Source of the DNA: Octopus sinensis
Taxonomy: Eukaryota
Assembly: GCF_006345805.1 (NCBI RefSeq)
Contig: NC_043018.1
Coordinates: forward strand, 29,574,001 to 29,638,000
Length of the DNA: 64,000 nt
Reading direction: 5' to 3'
The translations under genes and the position numbers were made by a program. Of this stretch, positions 52,213-64,000 are shown one piece after another. Within the stretch, counting starts at the first letter, position 1. Each line of letters starts with the position of its first letter. The notes below the pieces were generated by a model that did not search any database, had not been told where the DNA came from, and saw nothing but the letters and a program-made list of their open reading frames with translations.

Positions 52213-52454
52213 GCTGTGACCAACAAATCGTGTTTTAGTGTCTATTGTGCTCTTCCTATCTTTTTGACGGTAAGGTGTAATTCAATCAGATTTAGCTGGC
52301 ATTCCTACCAGATACGTTGCTAGCTGGCATTTGGCGTTCAGTTTGACATAGAAGGAACTGTTGAATTCCACCAACTTTACAGTTCTTGAAGCCATGAATA
52401 AAGACTGAAGCCACGAATAAAGCTGTCTGTGACAATCTGGGTTTGGAGAAGGTA

Positions 52455-53215
52455 TTTATTCCTTTATTGCCTACAGGGTGTTAAATATTCAGGGGACCAA
52501 CAGGGACAGAAAAAAGGATTAAGTCGATTACATCGACTCCGGTGCGTAACTGGTACTTAATTTATCGACCCCGAAAGGATGAAAGGCAAAGTCTAACTCG
52601 GCGGAATTTGAACTCAGAACGTAGCAACAGACAAAATACCGCAAAGCATTCCGCTCAGGTGGCTAACGATTCTGCCAGCTCGCCACCGTTTGGAGACGTT
52701 ATTGTGAGGGAGAATGCTGAAAAAGTTTTAGATTATATGAAACGAACCAACAAAATTCAAAGACTTGAAATCAAGCTTCAAAATCTACATCAGCTGATAC
52801 GAAAATAAATGTTCAATATTCACAGAATTACTCTATTTTCTTAGAGTGACCACTTGGTATCTACACGTACTAAGCAAGTAGAGCCACCAAATAAAAGCTA
52901 TATTAGACTTTGAGAGAACATAAATTCGTTGGGTTGATCTGAAATGCTGACATTATTGCCGATAAACTCTACTGGAATGTCTTAATATCTGAGATAGAGG
53001 TAAGGCGGCAGAAACGTTACCGCACCAGAAAAAGTGTTTAGCGGCATTTTTTCCGACTTTACGCTCTGAGTTCAAATTCCACCGGAGACGACTTGCCGTT
53101 CATCCTTTCCAGTTTGATATAATTAGTAACAGTTGATCACTAGGTTAGGGTCGATGTAATCGATTTATTACCTTTCCCGAAATTTCCGGTCTTATGCCAA
53201 AATTTGAAACGGACA
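52455..53215. mobile_element. SINE family B copies (52455-52690 minus; 53003-53215 plus)
   Basis: Consensus modules. Confidence 0.75.
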
Positions 53216-53868
53216 TTTGAGATAGAAATCTTTGAACGGCCTTATCGTCGAAGCAGTTTTTTATCGATTCTTTCTGTGATGAGGTGTTAGGTATCTTTAA
53301 AAGAAGTAGAGGAAATTACCGGATATAAAGATCTGGATATAAAGCTACACATGGAAGCACTCCGTCGGTTACGACGACGAGGGTTCCGGTTGATCCGAAT
53401 CAACGGAACAGCCTGCTCGTGAAATTAACGTGTAAGTGGCTGAGCACTCCACAGACACGTGAAAGCTACACATGACGTGAGCATTGAAGGCAGACACAAT
53501 CCTTAGGAATATAAGTACCTTGAGAACAAATATGAAGAGACATATTTTTACATGCCCGCAACATAGAGAATAAAACACTAAATAGAAATGCCACATATAT
53601 TAGTAATATATTTCCAGTATATAAAACAACTACGTTCAAGGCATAGACATGTACTCCATAGTGTAATGAAGGCATGAATTATTCTTTATAGGTAAGAAGT
53701 TTGCTTCCCAACCACATGGTTCCGGGTTCAGTGACACCGCGTGGTACCTTGGGCAAGTGTCTTCTACTATAACCTCAAAGCCCTGTGAATGGATTTGGTA
53801 GACGGAGAAAAGCCCGTCGTATATATACATACATAATACATACATGCATACATGTATACCTATATATA

Positions 53869-54456
<588 letters not shown>

Positions 54457-56128
54457 ACACCAAAAAAAAAACGTCGAACACAATGAGAAACGAAAACATA
54501 AATACAAAACCAAGGAAATTGACATTTATCTTAAACAACGAAAAATTAGAGTACAATACATACAACACAAGGAACATTCCCCTTCTTCAGCCGCCTCTGT
54601 TTCATCTACTCCGCGTTAGTTGGTAAATGCGAGACACGACTTAGTTGAAACAGTCCTTCCCGCAAAGCAAATTAAATAAAATTTGAGATTATTTTGCGGA
54701 GGGGTAAAAGTGGTAACAAAAACAGGATATCAAAAATCTTGGAAAACAAATATATAACGTATATATATATGTCCCCCACCATTATCGCTTGACAACCGAT
54801 GCTGGTGTGTTTATGTTCCTGTAACTTAGCGGTTCGGCAAAAGAGACCGATAGAATAAGTGCTAGGATTACAAAAGAATAAGCCCTAGAGTCACTTTGTT
54901 CGACTAAAGTGTTGTTCCAGCATGGCCGTAGTCAAATGATTGAAACCAATAAAAGAGTAGAAAAGAAATTATAAAAGAATGGGGGTAAACACTTATGTGC
55001 TGCGGGTGCTTTGCTCAGTCACCAACTGCAGGGCCCAAGGTCTCATCGGGCAGTCAGGTAGCACTATATGTGTTTTGAACTCCTTTCACTGACTTGCTCC
55101 ATCTACCCAGCTCCACATAACCATGTTGGGGACAAAATTCCTGTACAACTGCATGAGCTTTGTTGAGTTGAACGTTGCGACTCTGCGCCAGATGTCTCTA
55201 CTATCCACAATACTAGCTTTTGCTGCACCTCTCGTTGTCTCCCTTGAGCCAGACGTAACGGCTAGCTTTCTGAGAAGCATCTGACCATTTCATAGCAGCA
55301 TCTTTTCTATTCTTTTACAGCAAGTCCGAGGCTGTAGACACAGACCGAATCCAGCTTCCAACAATTTCTCTGAGCCCTATCTCTACAAAAAGGTTTATTG
55401 CCTCTAATCCATTGTTTTCACTAAGGTCAAACAACACCCTGTATTTTCTGTCTTTACTGAGGAAAAGGTATTTGATATTGTCTCTCCATAGAACTATCAT
55501 CTCTACAATCTTTACCACCCTTTTTTTTAACAGAATGTAACAAGGATAAGCAGCTTGGTGGTTAAAATGTGAGAACTGATATTTACCACCATAGAAGGAA
55601 TATTGTAACATATATCATCAAAGCTAAAGGCTTCCTATAAATTAAAATTCATTTCAGCTATTCTGATTGAAAACCATTTTGTAGTAAATGATACAGCTAT
55701 TATAAATTTAGTGAATAGTTCGTTGTACAGTTTAATTAAAATTTGATAAAGAAGTTTTATTTCTGTTTTGCATCGTAATGGCTTCCGTCATTCTTAAATT
55801 TCAATAGCAATTCTTTTAGCAAGATAAAATATTTATTTTTCTATTCAAATTGAGAAGGATACCTGAAAATCACATAATCTCCTGTAGTCATATCATTAAG
55901 GAAAGAGGCAAAGAAAAATATTAAAAATATATAATTATTAAATAGGTGCAGGAGTGACTGTGTGGGAAACAGCTTGCTTCCCAACCACATGGTTCCGGGT
56001 TCAGTCCCATCGCGTGGCACATTGGGCTAGTATCTTATACTATAGCTTCGTGCCGCCGAAGACTCTTGAGTGAATTTGGTCGACGGGATCTGGAAGAAGC
56101 CCGTCGTATATATATATATATATATATA

Positions 56129-56890
56129 TATAATTTCAACAATTGAGGGTAAAATTAATTAATTAATCAATTTCACCAAGTGTTCAGTATGCAAAGGGAC
56201 CATTTAAGGCGAATTCAAATTATTACATTATATAAAAGGGCTTAGTAAAATAAATTACTTTGCCGCATACTGAACTCATTAGAAATAGCTGCTATTTCTA
56301 ATGAGTTCAGTATGCGGCGAAGTAATTTATTTTACTAAGCCCTTTTATATAATGTAATAATTTGAATTCGCCTTAAATGGTCCCTTTGCATACTGAACAC
56401 TTGGTGAAATTGATTAATTAATTAATTTTACCCTCAATTGTTGAAATTATAATTCATCTCTCTCTATTTAAATGCCTCGGATTTTACCGAAAAAAGCATA
56501 GTGTTTACTGATTTTAACCCACGCTGGTGGAAAGGGGAGAGCAGAAATTCTTCGCTTGCATATTTGAGTTTGTTGGCACTGTTAGTTACGAGCGGATCTT
56601 CAGAAGCGATAGGAGGACGAAGGGGTATGCTCCCACTTTCAGTGTTTTCAAATCCAAACCAGGGAGTTCTGAGCTGATGATAGAAATGTCGAGTTTGACT
56701 AATCTTGAAACGTACGTTCTCAAATAACCTTTGCATCTGATTTTTTAATGTCTCTATCCCCCATACTTCCGTGAGTTGAATTGAGCAAACACTATATGAG
56801 AGAGGTTTTCTTTAAGTATTAGAAATAGTTTTATAAATGTTTTTTTAGCTTCTATTTCTAATGAGTTCAGTATGCGGCAAAGTAATTATT
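56129..56890 (+). mobile_element. PLE-type short element (24189 family) inside the (TA)n linker of a SINE A head
   Basis: Hairpin 56129-56451, then a unit collinear with the reverse complement of about 24290-24745. Confidence 0.85.
56670..56722 (+). ncRNA. type I hammerhead ribozyme, palindromic stem III
   Basis: TGAG CTGATGA T-AGA-AAT-GTC GAGTTT GAC-TAA-TCT-T GAA ACGTACGT T CTCA; predicted cleavage after 56718. Confidence 0.8.
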
Positions 56891-56912
56891 TTACTAAGCC
56901 TTTTATATAATA

Positions 56913-56987
<75 letters not shown>

Positions 56988-57124
56988 GGTCCAGTCCCAC
57001 TGCGTGGCACCTTGGCTCCTATCTTCTACTATAGCTTCGGGCCGGCTGAAGACCTCTGAGTGAATTTGGTCGATGGGATCTGAAAAGAGCCCGTCGTGTA
57101 TATATATATATATATATATAAACA

Positions 57125-57215
57125 TACCAGCATGGAAATGAATGGAATGCCTGGCATGCAACATGTGGTTAGCCGCTCCTAAAAATAGGGAATAGGCCTG
57201 GGTATATATAATGTA
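57125..57215 (+). mobile_element. RTE 3' terminal fragment
   Basis: GGAAATGAATGGAATGCCTGG..CTCCTAAAAATAGGG matches the reverse complement of about 62590-62675. Confidence 0.6.
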
Positions 57216-57238
57216 TGTATACATATACACACACACAC

Positions 57239-57283
<45 letters not shown>

Positions 57284-57604
57284 ACACACACATATATATA
57301 TATATGTATTTATGCATGTATGTATGTATGTATATATGTATATATGTATGCATGAACATTAGTATGTTTTGTTTTATGTAAGTATTCTCATACATATAGT
57401 TGCATATGTAGACATGCTCATATATATTAAAATGACAAACTTCTGGAAAGTTTTACAGATTTTTACAGATCCAATGATTGATAGGATCGAGAGTCTTCAA
57501 ATTCGCTTTCTCCTTTCTGGTTTTGAGAAGATTAATTTCTCAAGATAGGTATTTAGGCAGCATGTTACGTATCCCAAGGCCTCGTATGTATGTATGTATG
57601 TATG

Positions 57605-57632
<28 letters not shown>

Positions 57633-57636
<4 letters not shown>

Positions 57637-57835
57637 GGGAAAGTTTACGAAAATAAACTAAAGACGAAGGCAGGTGGTGTACAAGGAAACAAATGTATTA
57701 GTATAGCGCTCAGGAATAGAAAATGTCTTTTACGTTTCGAGCCTACGCTCTTCTACAGAAAGATACACAGAAAAAAAACAAGGCGAGAAACAAGGAGAGA
57801 AAAATGTGTGTAGTACCTAACGATCTATCATGGCG
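57633..57835 (-). mobile_element. short HHR-bearing element after (TATG)n
   Basis: Collinear with 15190-15378. Confidence 0.75.
57726..57763 (-). ncRNA. minimal hammerhead, A6U core variant
   Basis: TCTTT CTGTAGA A GAGC GTAG GCTC GAA ACGT A AAAGA. Confidence 0.7.
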
Positions 57836-58224
57836 TCTAGAGTCTTCAGCATGTATGTATGTATGTCTCATATGTATTTAATGACTTAGACCCTTTCCCT
57901 GAAGGTGGTTTTTAACAAACATACAAAGCTCCATCATTGGAATTGAGATAACGAAAATAGTATCATATTTTATACTTGAGAGAAGTCTTACACAGTTTTG
58001 TTTTTCCGCTTACAGATTGGATTTGTAAGGTGCGAATGAGTTGGTTGATTTCTTTTTGTGAAAAATCCAAGCTTATCCAGACTGACAGGCATTTAGTTCC
58101 TTGTTAGTGCGCATGTCCTTATTCAGTTTATTTCAAGAATTCTTTGCCAATAGAAAAGAACCAGTTTCTAACCTAGATCCAAGACTCCTTCATTGGAATT
58201 TCAACATCAACAGCTGGGTATTTT

Positions 58225-58755
58225 TGTATGTATGTTTGTATGTACGTACGTATGTATGTATGTAAGTATGTATGTATGTAAGTATGTATGTATGTATGTA
58301 TGTATGTATGTATGTATGTATGTATGTACGTACATATGTATGATTGTATGTATGTATGTATGTATGTATGTGTGTATGTATGAATGTATGTATGTATGTA
58401 TGTATGTATGTATGTATGTCTATACGTATGTATGTAGGATTGTATGTACGTATGTATGTATGTATGTATGATTGTATGTATGTATGTATGTATGATTGTA
58501 TGTATGTATGTATGTACGTATGTATGTACGTATGTATGTATGTATGTATGTATGTACGTATGCATGTAAGTGTGTATGTATGTATATAAGTATGTATGTA
58601 TGTACGTATGTATGTATGTATGTATGTATGTATGTATGTATGATTGTATGTATGTATGTAAGTATGTATGTATGTATGTACGTATGTATGTACGTGTGTA
58701 TGTATGTATGTATCTATGTATTATGTACCATGTATGTATGAGTGTATGTATGCAT
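58225..58755. repeat. (TATG)n array
   Basis: Direct reading. Confidence 0.95.
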
Positions 58756-59590
58756 TACCCGCAGCTTCCACGCAGTTTCCGTCTACCAAATTCTTCAGGA
58801 GCTGTTGTTTGACCCGAGACTATAGTGAAAGACATTTGTTCATGTTGTTCTCGAGCATTGGAACTAAACTGAAAACGCCGTGGTTTCATAGCGTGTTTCT
58901 TACCAACGCAGCCATCGCTGCGCCTAATCTAAAGTATTACACAAGGTTTTCATCCCTTCATTTTATTAACATATAGCACTACATTATTAGTCGTGCTCCT
59001 TATTTAAGATATCATAGTTTGGTTTAATGAAGATTTAGTACGTATATACACTCCTTTTGAGATTTCTATCTGGTATATTAAAGACAGCAACCTATTTGAA
59101 GTGTGAAAAAAATTATTATTTAGAAAATATAAATATAGATCAGCGATTATATTGATAACAAAGGAATCTATAAAAGGATTCTCTAAGAAGTGGAAGATTT
59201 TAAGAACGAAATGCAAAACACTTAATATGATATGATGAATATAAACTAATGGTGATTCTCCACTGAAGTTTACCTGAGAAAGAGAATAGCATTAAAACGA
59301 AATATCAGGTAAAAATAAAAGCTTCAAAGAAGAGTAAAAAAAGCACCTTATTTAGGTAAAGGCAACGTGCTTTAGATAAGAGGCGTGAGTATGTGTGTTT
59401 ATGTGTGCAATATTCTATACCTATATACATGTGTGTGTGCGTGTGTGTGTGTGTGTGTGTGTCTGTATGCCTATATATAGATATATATATATATATAGAG
59501 AGAGATAGATAGATATTAACACGTAGTTATTTACAGAAACAGAAACACAATATATATGTATGCATATAAATTTATTATGTGTATATATAC

Positions 59591-59638
<48 letters not shown>

Positions 59639-59982
59639 ATGTGTATATATATACACATATATATATATATACATATACATACATTCATATATATATATAC
59701 CTACATATATGTATTTATATGTGTGTGTGAGTGTGCATGTATGTATGTAAATGAAGAGAATAGAAATGTATCCAAGTTTAGGTGGGATGTATATTGCGGA
59801 GAAGATGGCGGAAGATGGGGAAGGGTGGGAAGGTGGGGAAAGAGGGGAGGGTGGGGAAAGTCCTTCTGGTTTTAAAAACAGCTTAGAGATTTTTATCTAA
59901 AAACTTTCAAATCGGCAATGTAAGTATAAGCCTGTATGTATATATGTACGTATGTATGAATGTATGTAAGTATGTATGTATG

Positions 59983-60106
<124 letters not shown>

Positions 60107-60604
60107 TGAATGTGTGTACATCTTCATGTAAGTACGTCCGAACGTATGCCTATACATGTAGGTATTTAGGTAGTTATATATATGTGTGTGCGTATTTGCA
60201 TTAAATTGCTATATCTACTTGTATTTATAGATACACGTGCATACATACACGTGTATGCATGTATGTATACATGACATATATATATATATATATTATGTAT
60301 ACAACGATTTGCAAATATATATTATATATAAATATACACATGTATATTAATGTATATACGCATAAGTGTGAAAGCTTATTATGTATGTAAAAAATAATGT
60401 TGTATACATGGGCGTGAGTGCGTGCGTTTATCTGTGTGTGTCTGTGTGTGTCTGCATGTGTGTGTTTATACGTGTGTTTGTGTGTGTATATGTATATTTA
60501 TCTTGATATGTTTAAGTGGATATTTCTTTATCACAAAAGCGATGAGTAAGGAAAAAAGTGTGAGAGTGACAACGAGAAAGGGAGGTAAGTGCAATGAGAG
60601 ACAA

Positions 60605-60992
60605 TCTCTCTCTATATAAACGGCAGTTTGTCTGTGCGTGTTTCTGTGTGTCTGTTTTCTCGTACCCTCACCCTGACCACGGCTTTCAACCGATTCTGAT
60701 GAAACTTGACACACACATAGCCCAATGTCATAATTCAAAACTAACGCAGCGAAAATTTTGAAAAGTTCCCCCAGTTCTGAAAAAAATCGATAAATTCGAC
60801 ATGGGGTCGAGAATAAAAAAAAACAAACCACAGACTGTCTAGGGGACGCAACTCAACCTTTTATTACTCTCAAAAAAAAAATTTACCATCATTTTTTTTC
60901 CATTTTTTGGCTATTTTTTGGCTATAACTCTCTAAAAATGCTTTATAGTTATTTCCCTTACAAACCTGAGCAACGCCGGGCGATACTGCTAG
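60605..60992 (+). mobile_element. non-autonomous Helitron
   Basis: Inserted between A and T. 5' TC(TCTCTCTATATAAA); 3' imperfect GC hairpin CCTGAGCAACGCCGGG followed by CTAG. Confidence 0.8.
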
Positions 60993-61257
60993 TATGAAAT
61001 ATGGGGAAGAAATTATATTTCTTCTAAAGAGAAATTTATTGCAATAATAGTCCTATTAATCTAAACAATACAATTTCCAAACACACAATTTTTGACTTGG
61101 TTATATCTCAAAATAAAAATAAACCTTTACAAAATGTTTTTTAAATTTCGTACATGGAGACATATAGATATTAATATCATGCGGCATAAAACACATATAT
61201 ACACATCAGATGCATATATATATATGATGCGCATGTGTGAGTCCATACAGATATGTA

Positions 61258-61288
<31 letters not shown>

Positions 61289-61417
61289 CTTTCTATGTAT
61301 ATACACACACACACTCACATCGTGTATATATATAAATCTGTGTAAGTACTTTTCATGTGGTATAGATGTGCGTGTGTGTATACACGATGTGCATGTGTAA
61401 GTCCCTACATATATGTA

Positions 61418-61500
<83 letters not shown>

Positions 61501-61734
61501 TTCTATGTATATACACACCCACACACACACTCACATCGTGTATATGTATAAATCTGTGTATGTAATTTTCTTGTGGTATATATGTGTGTGTGTGTTTGTA
61601 TGTGTGTGTGTGTTTGTAGTACTTTTTGCTTTTGTAAAATATCAACATAGCATTACAGTCTAAAATTGCTCGATAATTTTGGGAGAGTACATATTTACCA
61701 TATATTTGCAATAGGAGTGATAGTGATTTCGAAG

Positions 61735-61975
61735 TTTCACACGAACAGCAGTCGTCCGTGCATACGCCACCAGTGTTATCCAAGGGAAAGGTAAAGGGAC
61801 CGATACGGCTTGGCACCTGTGACATCACAACTCATTTCTACAGCTGAGTGAACCGGAGTCACGTGAAATAAAGTGTCTTGCTCAAGAACACAACATGCAG
61901 CCTGGTCCAGGCTTCGAACTCACAACCTCACAATCGTAAGCTCGACGCTCTAACCACTGAGGCATGCGCTTTCAC
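61735..61975 (-). mobile_element. tRNA/CORE-like SINE, family D
   Basis: Minus strand: GCCTCAGTGGTTAGAGCGTCGAGC..GAGTTCGAAGCC..GTGTTCTTGAGCAAGACACTTTATTTCACG. Confidence 0.75.
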
Positions 61976-61983
61976 ATGGAAAA

Positions 61984-62018
<35 letters not shown>

Positions 62019-62584
62019 GGAGAAAGAGAGAGAGAGAGAGAGAGTGAGAGAGAGGCATAAATATACACCTATATACATACACACACAATCACACACATAT
62101 ACATACATACATGCATACTTGCACACATACTTACATACATGTGTATATATATATATACATTCATACAAGTATACTTGCGTACATACATATGTACACTACA
62201 TGCACATACACACACACACATATATATATAGTGTATCCGATATGTGAAAATACATGTACGCTAGCAACTATTATGTTCAGAGCTTCACGTAGATTATCAT
62301 AGACTAGGCAACTACTAGTATAGCGGTCAATCAGCTAATATGCTCAGTATTGTTACTATTATAGTCATCAAATACAAAGGAAATGTAGAAGAACTACTAT
62401 AATCGAAGGATTATATTATTAATTCGTACGTACGTTTCATTATAATTGTTGCTAGGAACCCCGCATTGAATAGTTATGAGAACGGATCATCAGGGAATAC
62501 TTTAATGTTTTCATCTGCACAATAGTAATGACCATTTAATGAAGGTTTCCAACCTCGAATATTGGTGAAACATATGCCTTTTTC

Positions 62585-63270
62585 TATACATACCGAGGCC
62601 CTTTCCCCATATTTTTAGGAGTGAGTAGCCACAAATACACACACACCAGGCATTCTATTCATTTCCAAGCTCAAAGAGGCAAACCCTGTTCTATGCTAGG
62701 GTCGGGGCATAGAACGCAGCCTCCCAATATCAGCGATGGGGCTCGCCAGCATATGCTGGTTTATCCCCGCCGCATCATGCTGGTTCCCTACGCCATTGAG
62801 AAACATCCACTTCACTCATCCATCCACAAACACTCTCCAAGCTTTCCAATCATTCATAAACTCTCTTGCCTCTCTCACTCCAACACCTCTAACCACCAAA
62901 GCTTTCCTCACTCCATCCATACACACAAACTGCGGCCTCCCTCTGGTTCTGCTGCCTACCACTTCTGCCTTCATCACCCTTCTTACCATCCGCTCTTGCT
63001 CCATCCTCTCCATGTGCCTAAACCACCTCAACATTCGTCTATCCATTTTGGTTGTTAGTTTTGGTTTCATTCCTACTCGCATTCGCACCTCCTCGCTCCT
63101 CATCCTGTCCATCCGTGTCACACCAACCATCGTCCTCAAACATCTCATCTCAAACACATTTAGTCGCCGCATTTCCGCCTCTCTACACCATTTAACATTG
63201 TCAGCACAATCTTTCCCTCACACACACCTCCTTTCCCTTTCATGCTCAACCTTTTCTCACTCAGCATAAC
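62585..63270 (-). mobile_element. RTE-clade LINE 3' portion
   Basis: RRLNVFEMRCLRTMVGVTRMDR..LRWFRHMERM..RMVRRVMKAEVVGSRTRGRP, the typical RTE post-RT tail, plus a 3' UTR. Confidence 0.88.
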
Positions 63271-63306
63271 ATTTCCGCAATTCCAATGTACGTAAGAGAT
63301 ATGGAG

Positions 63307-63447
63307 AATACCAAACGAGTTCCCTATGGATACCGTATTTATTACGAGTGGCTTGTAAACTTATCTAATGAGCGAAAGCGAGTTAGATACGTTTACAAGC
63401 CACGAGTTGTAATAAATACGGTATCCATAGGGAATGAGTTTGGTATT
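63307..63447. repeat. imperfect 141-bp palindrome, probably part of a non-autonomous DNA element
   Basis: AATACCAAAC..TTCCCTATGGATACCGTATTTATTAC..GTGGCTTGTAAAC pairs with GTTTACAAGCCAC..GTAATAAATACGGTATCCATAGGGAA..GTTTGGTATT. Confidence 0.85.
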
Positions 63448-63543
63448 TTATTTATTACACACGAATAAACGACCATATTTTATTAACCCAATAACTAAAT
63501 TCTTCACGTTTAGTTGTAACTTATAAATGACAAAAGTAGTGCC

Positions 63544-63647
63544 GTCACCGTGACCTCGGGTGATCAACATGGATTGACCAATCAGAAGCAGCACTGTCAC
63601 CGTGACCTCGGGTCATCACCGTGGATTGACCAATCAGAAGCAGCGCT
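63544..63647 (+). repeat. 52-bp tandem repeat x2 containing ATTGACCAATCAG
   Basis: Units start at 63544 and 63596. Confidence 0.9.
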
Positions 63648-64000
63648 CGCAGTATCTGACATATGTTAGATACCAAACATATCTCAAAGTGTTCTCACTC
63701 ACATGTGTGTAATAAAATAACATAAGCTTACGTTCATAGTAATTTCTCAGATTCTTGACTTGTATTTAACACCATCTGAGGACAAATTAAAAATAACTAT
63801 TTCAGTATTCAATGAAATTATATCTTCTGTAACTTCAATTTTAATTTCTATAGCAAATTTACCTCCCATTTTCCTGGAGCGTCACCATGAATTTCTAGGA
63901 TAATTTGTTTTCTTTCACCAAGAAGCATAATTGAATTCGTTAAAAAAATTTCCGTTCCCCCTAATCTAATACATCATCCCTTAACTTAATTACATTTAAA

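Noticed and set aside
55020-55620. Possible LINE (L1/Tx1-like) relic
   Set aside because: No diagnostic motif that I could recognise with confidence.

Overview
AT-rich, repeat-saturated animal genomic DNA. The SINE families, (TA)n/(CA)n/(TAA)n/(TATG)n/(GATA)n load and TE remnants point to an octopus/coleoid cephalopod; this is inference, not a database result. I found no convincing host protein-coding exon, and most ORFs in the track are microsatellite read-through. Recognisable content: four tRNA-derived SINE families in many copies; decayed Penelope-like (PLE) RT and GIY-YIG fragments; R4/Dong, CR1 and RTE LINE fragments; hAT-Buster, mariner and Tigger relics; and a Helitron-type non-autonomous element. 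The main finding is about 12 type I hammerhead ribozyme (HHR) motifs, read by eye, in at least six unrelated short element families, most lodged in microsatellites. They include a 362-bp tandem retrozyme-like unit with a compensatory U3-A8 core, an A6U core family, a recurrent U10.1/U11.1 variant, and two divergent HHRs on opposite strands about 290 bp apart. Three elements share one architecture: 5' inversion, partial unit, full unit, (TA)n. Several long near-perfect inverted repeats are also present, including a 1.1-kb palindrome centred on a (TA)n tract. HHR coordinates were indexed base by base; SINE and LINE boundaries are approximate (about +/-20 bp). Ribozyme activity is predicted only.
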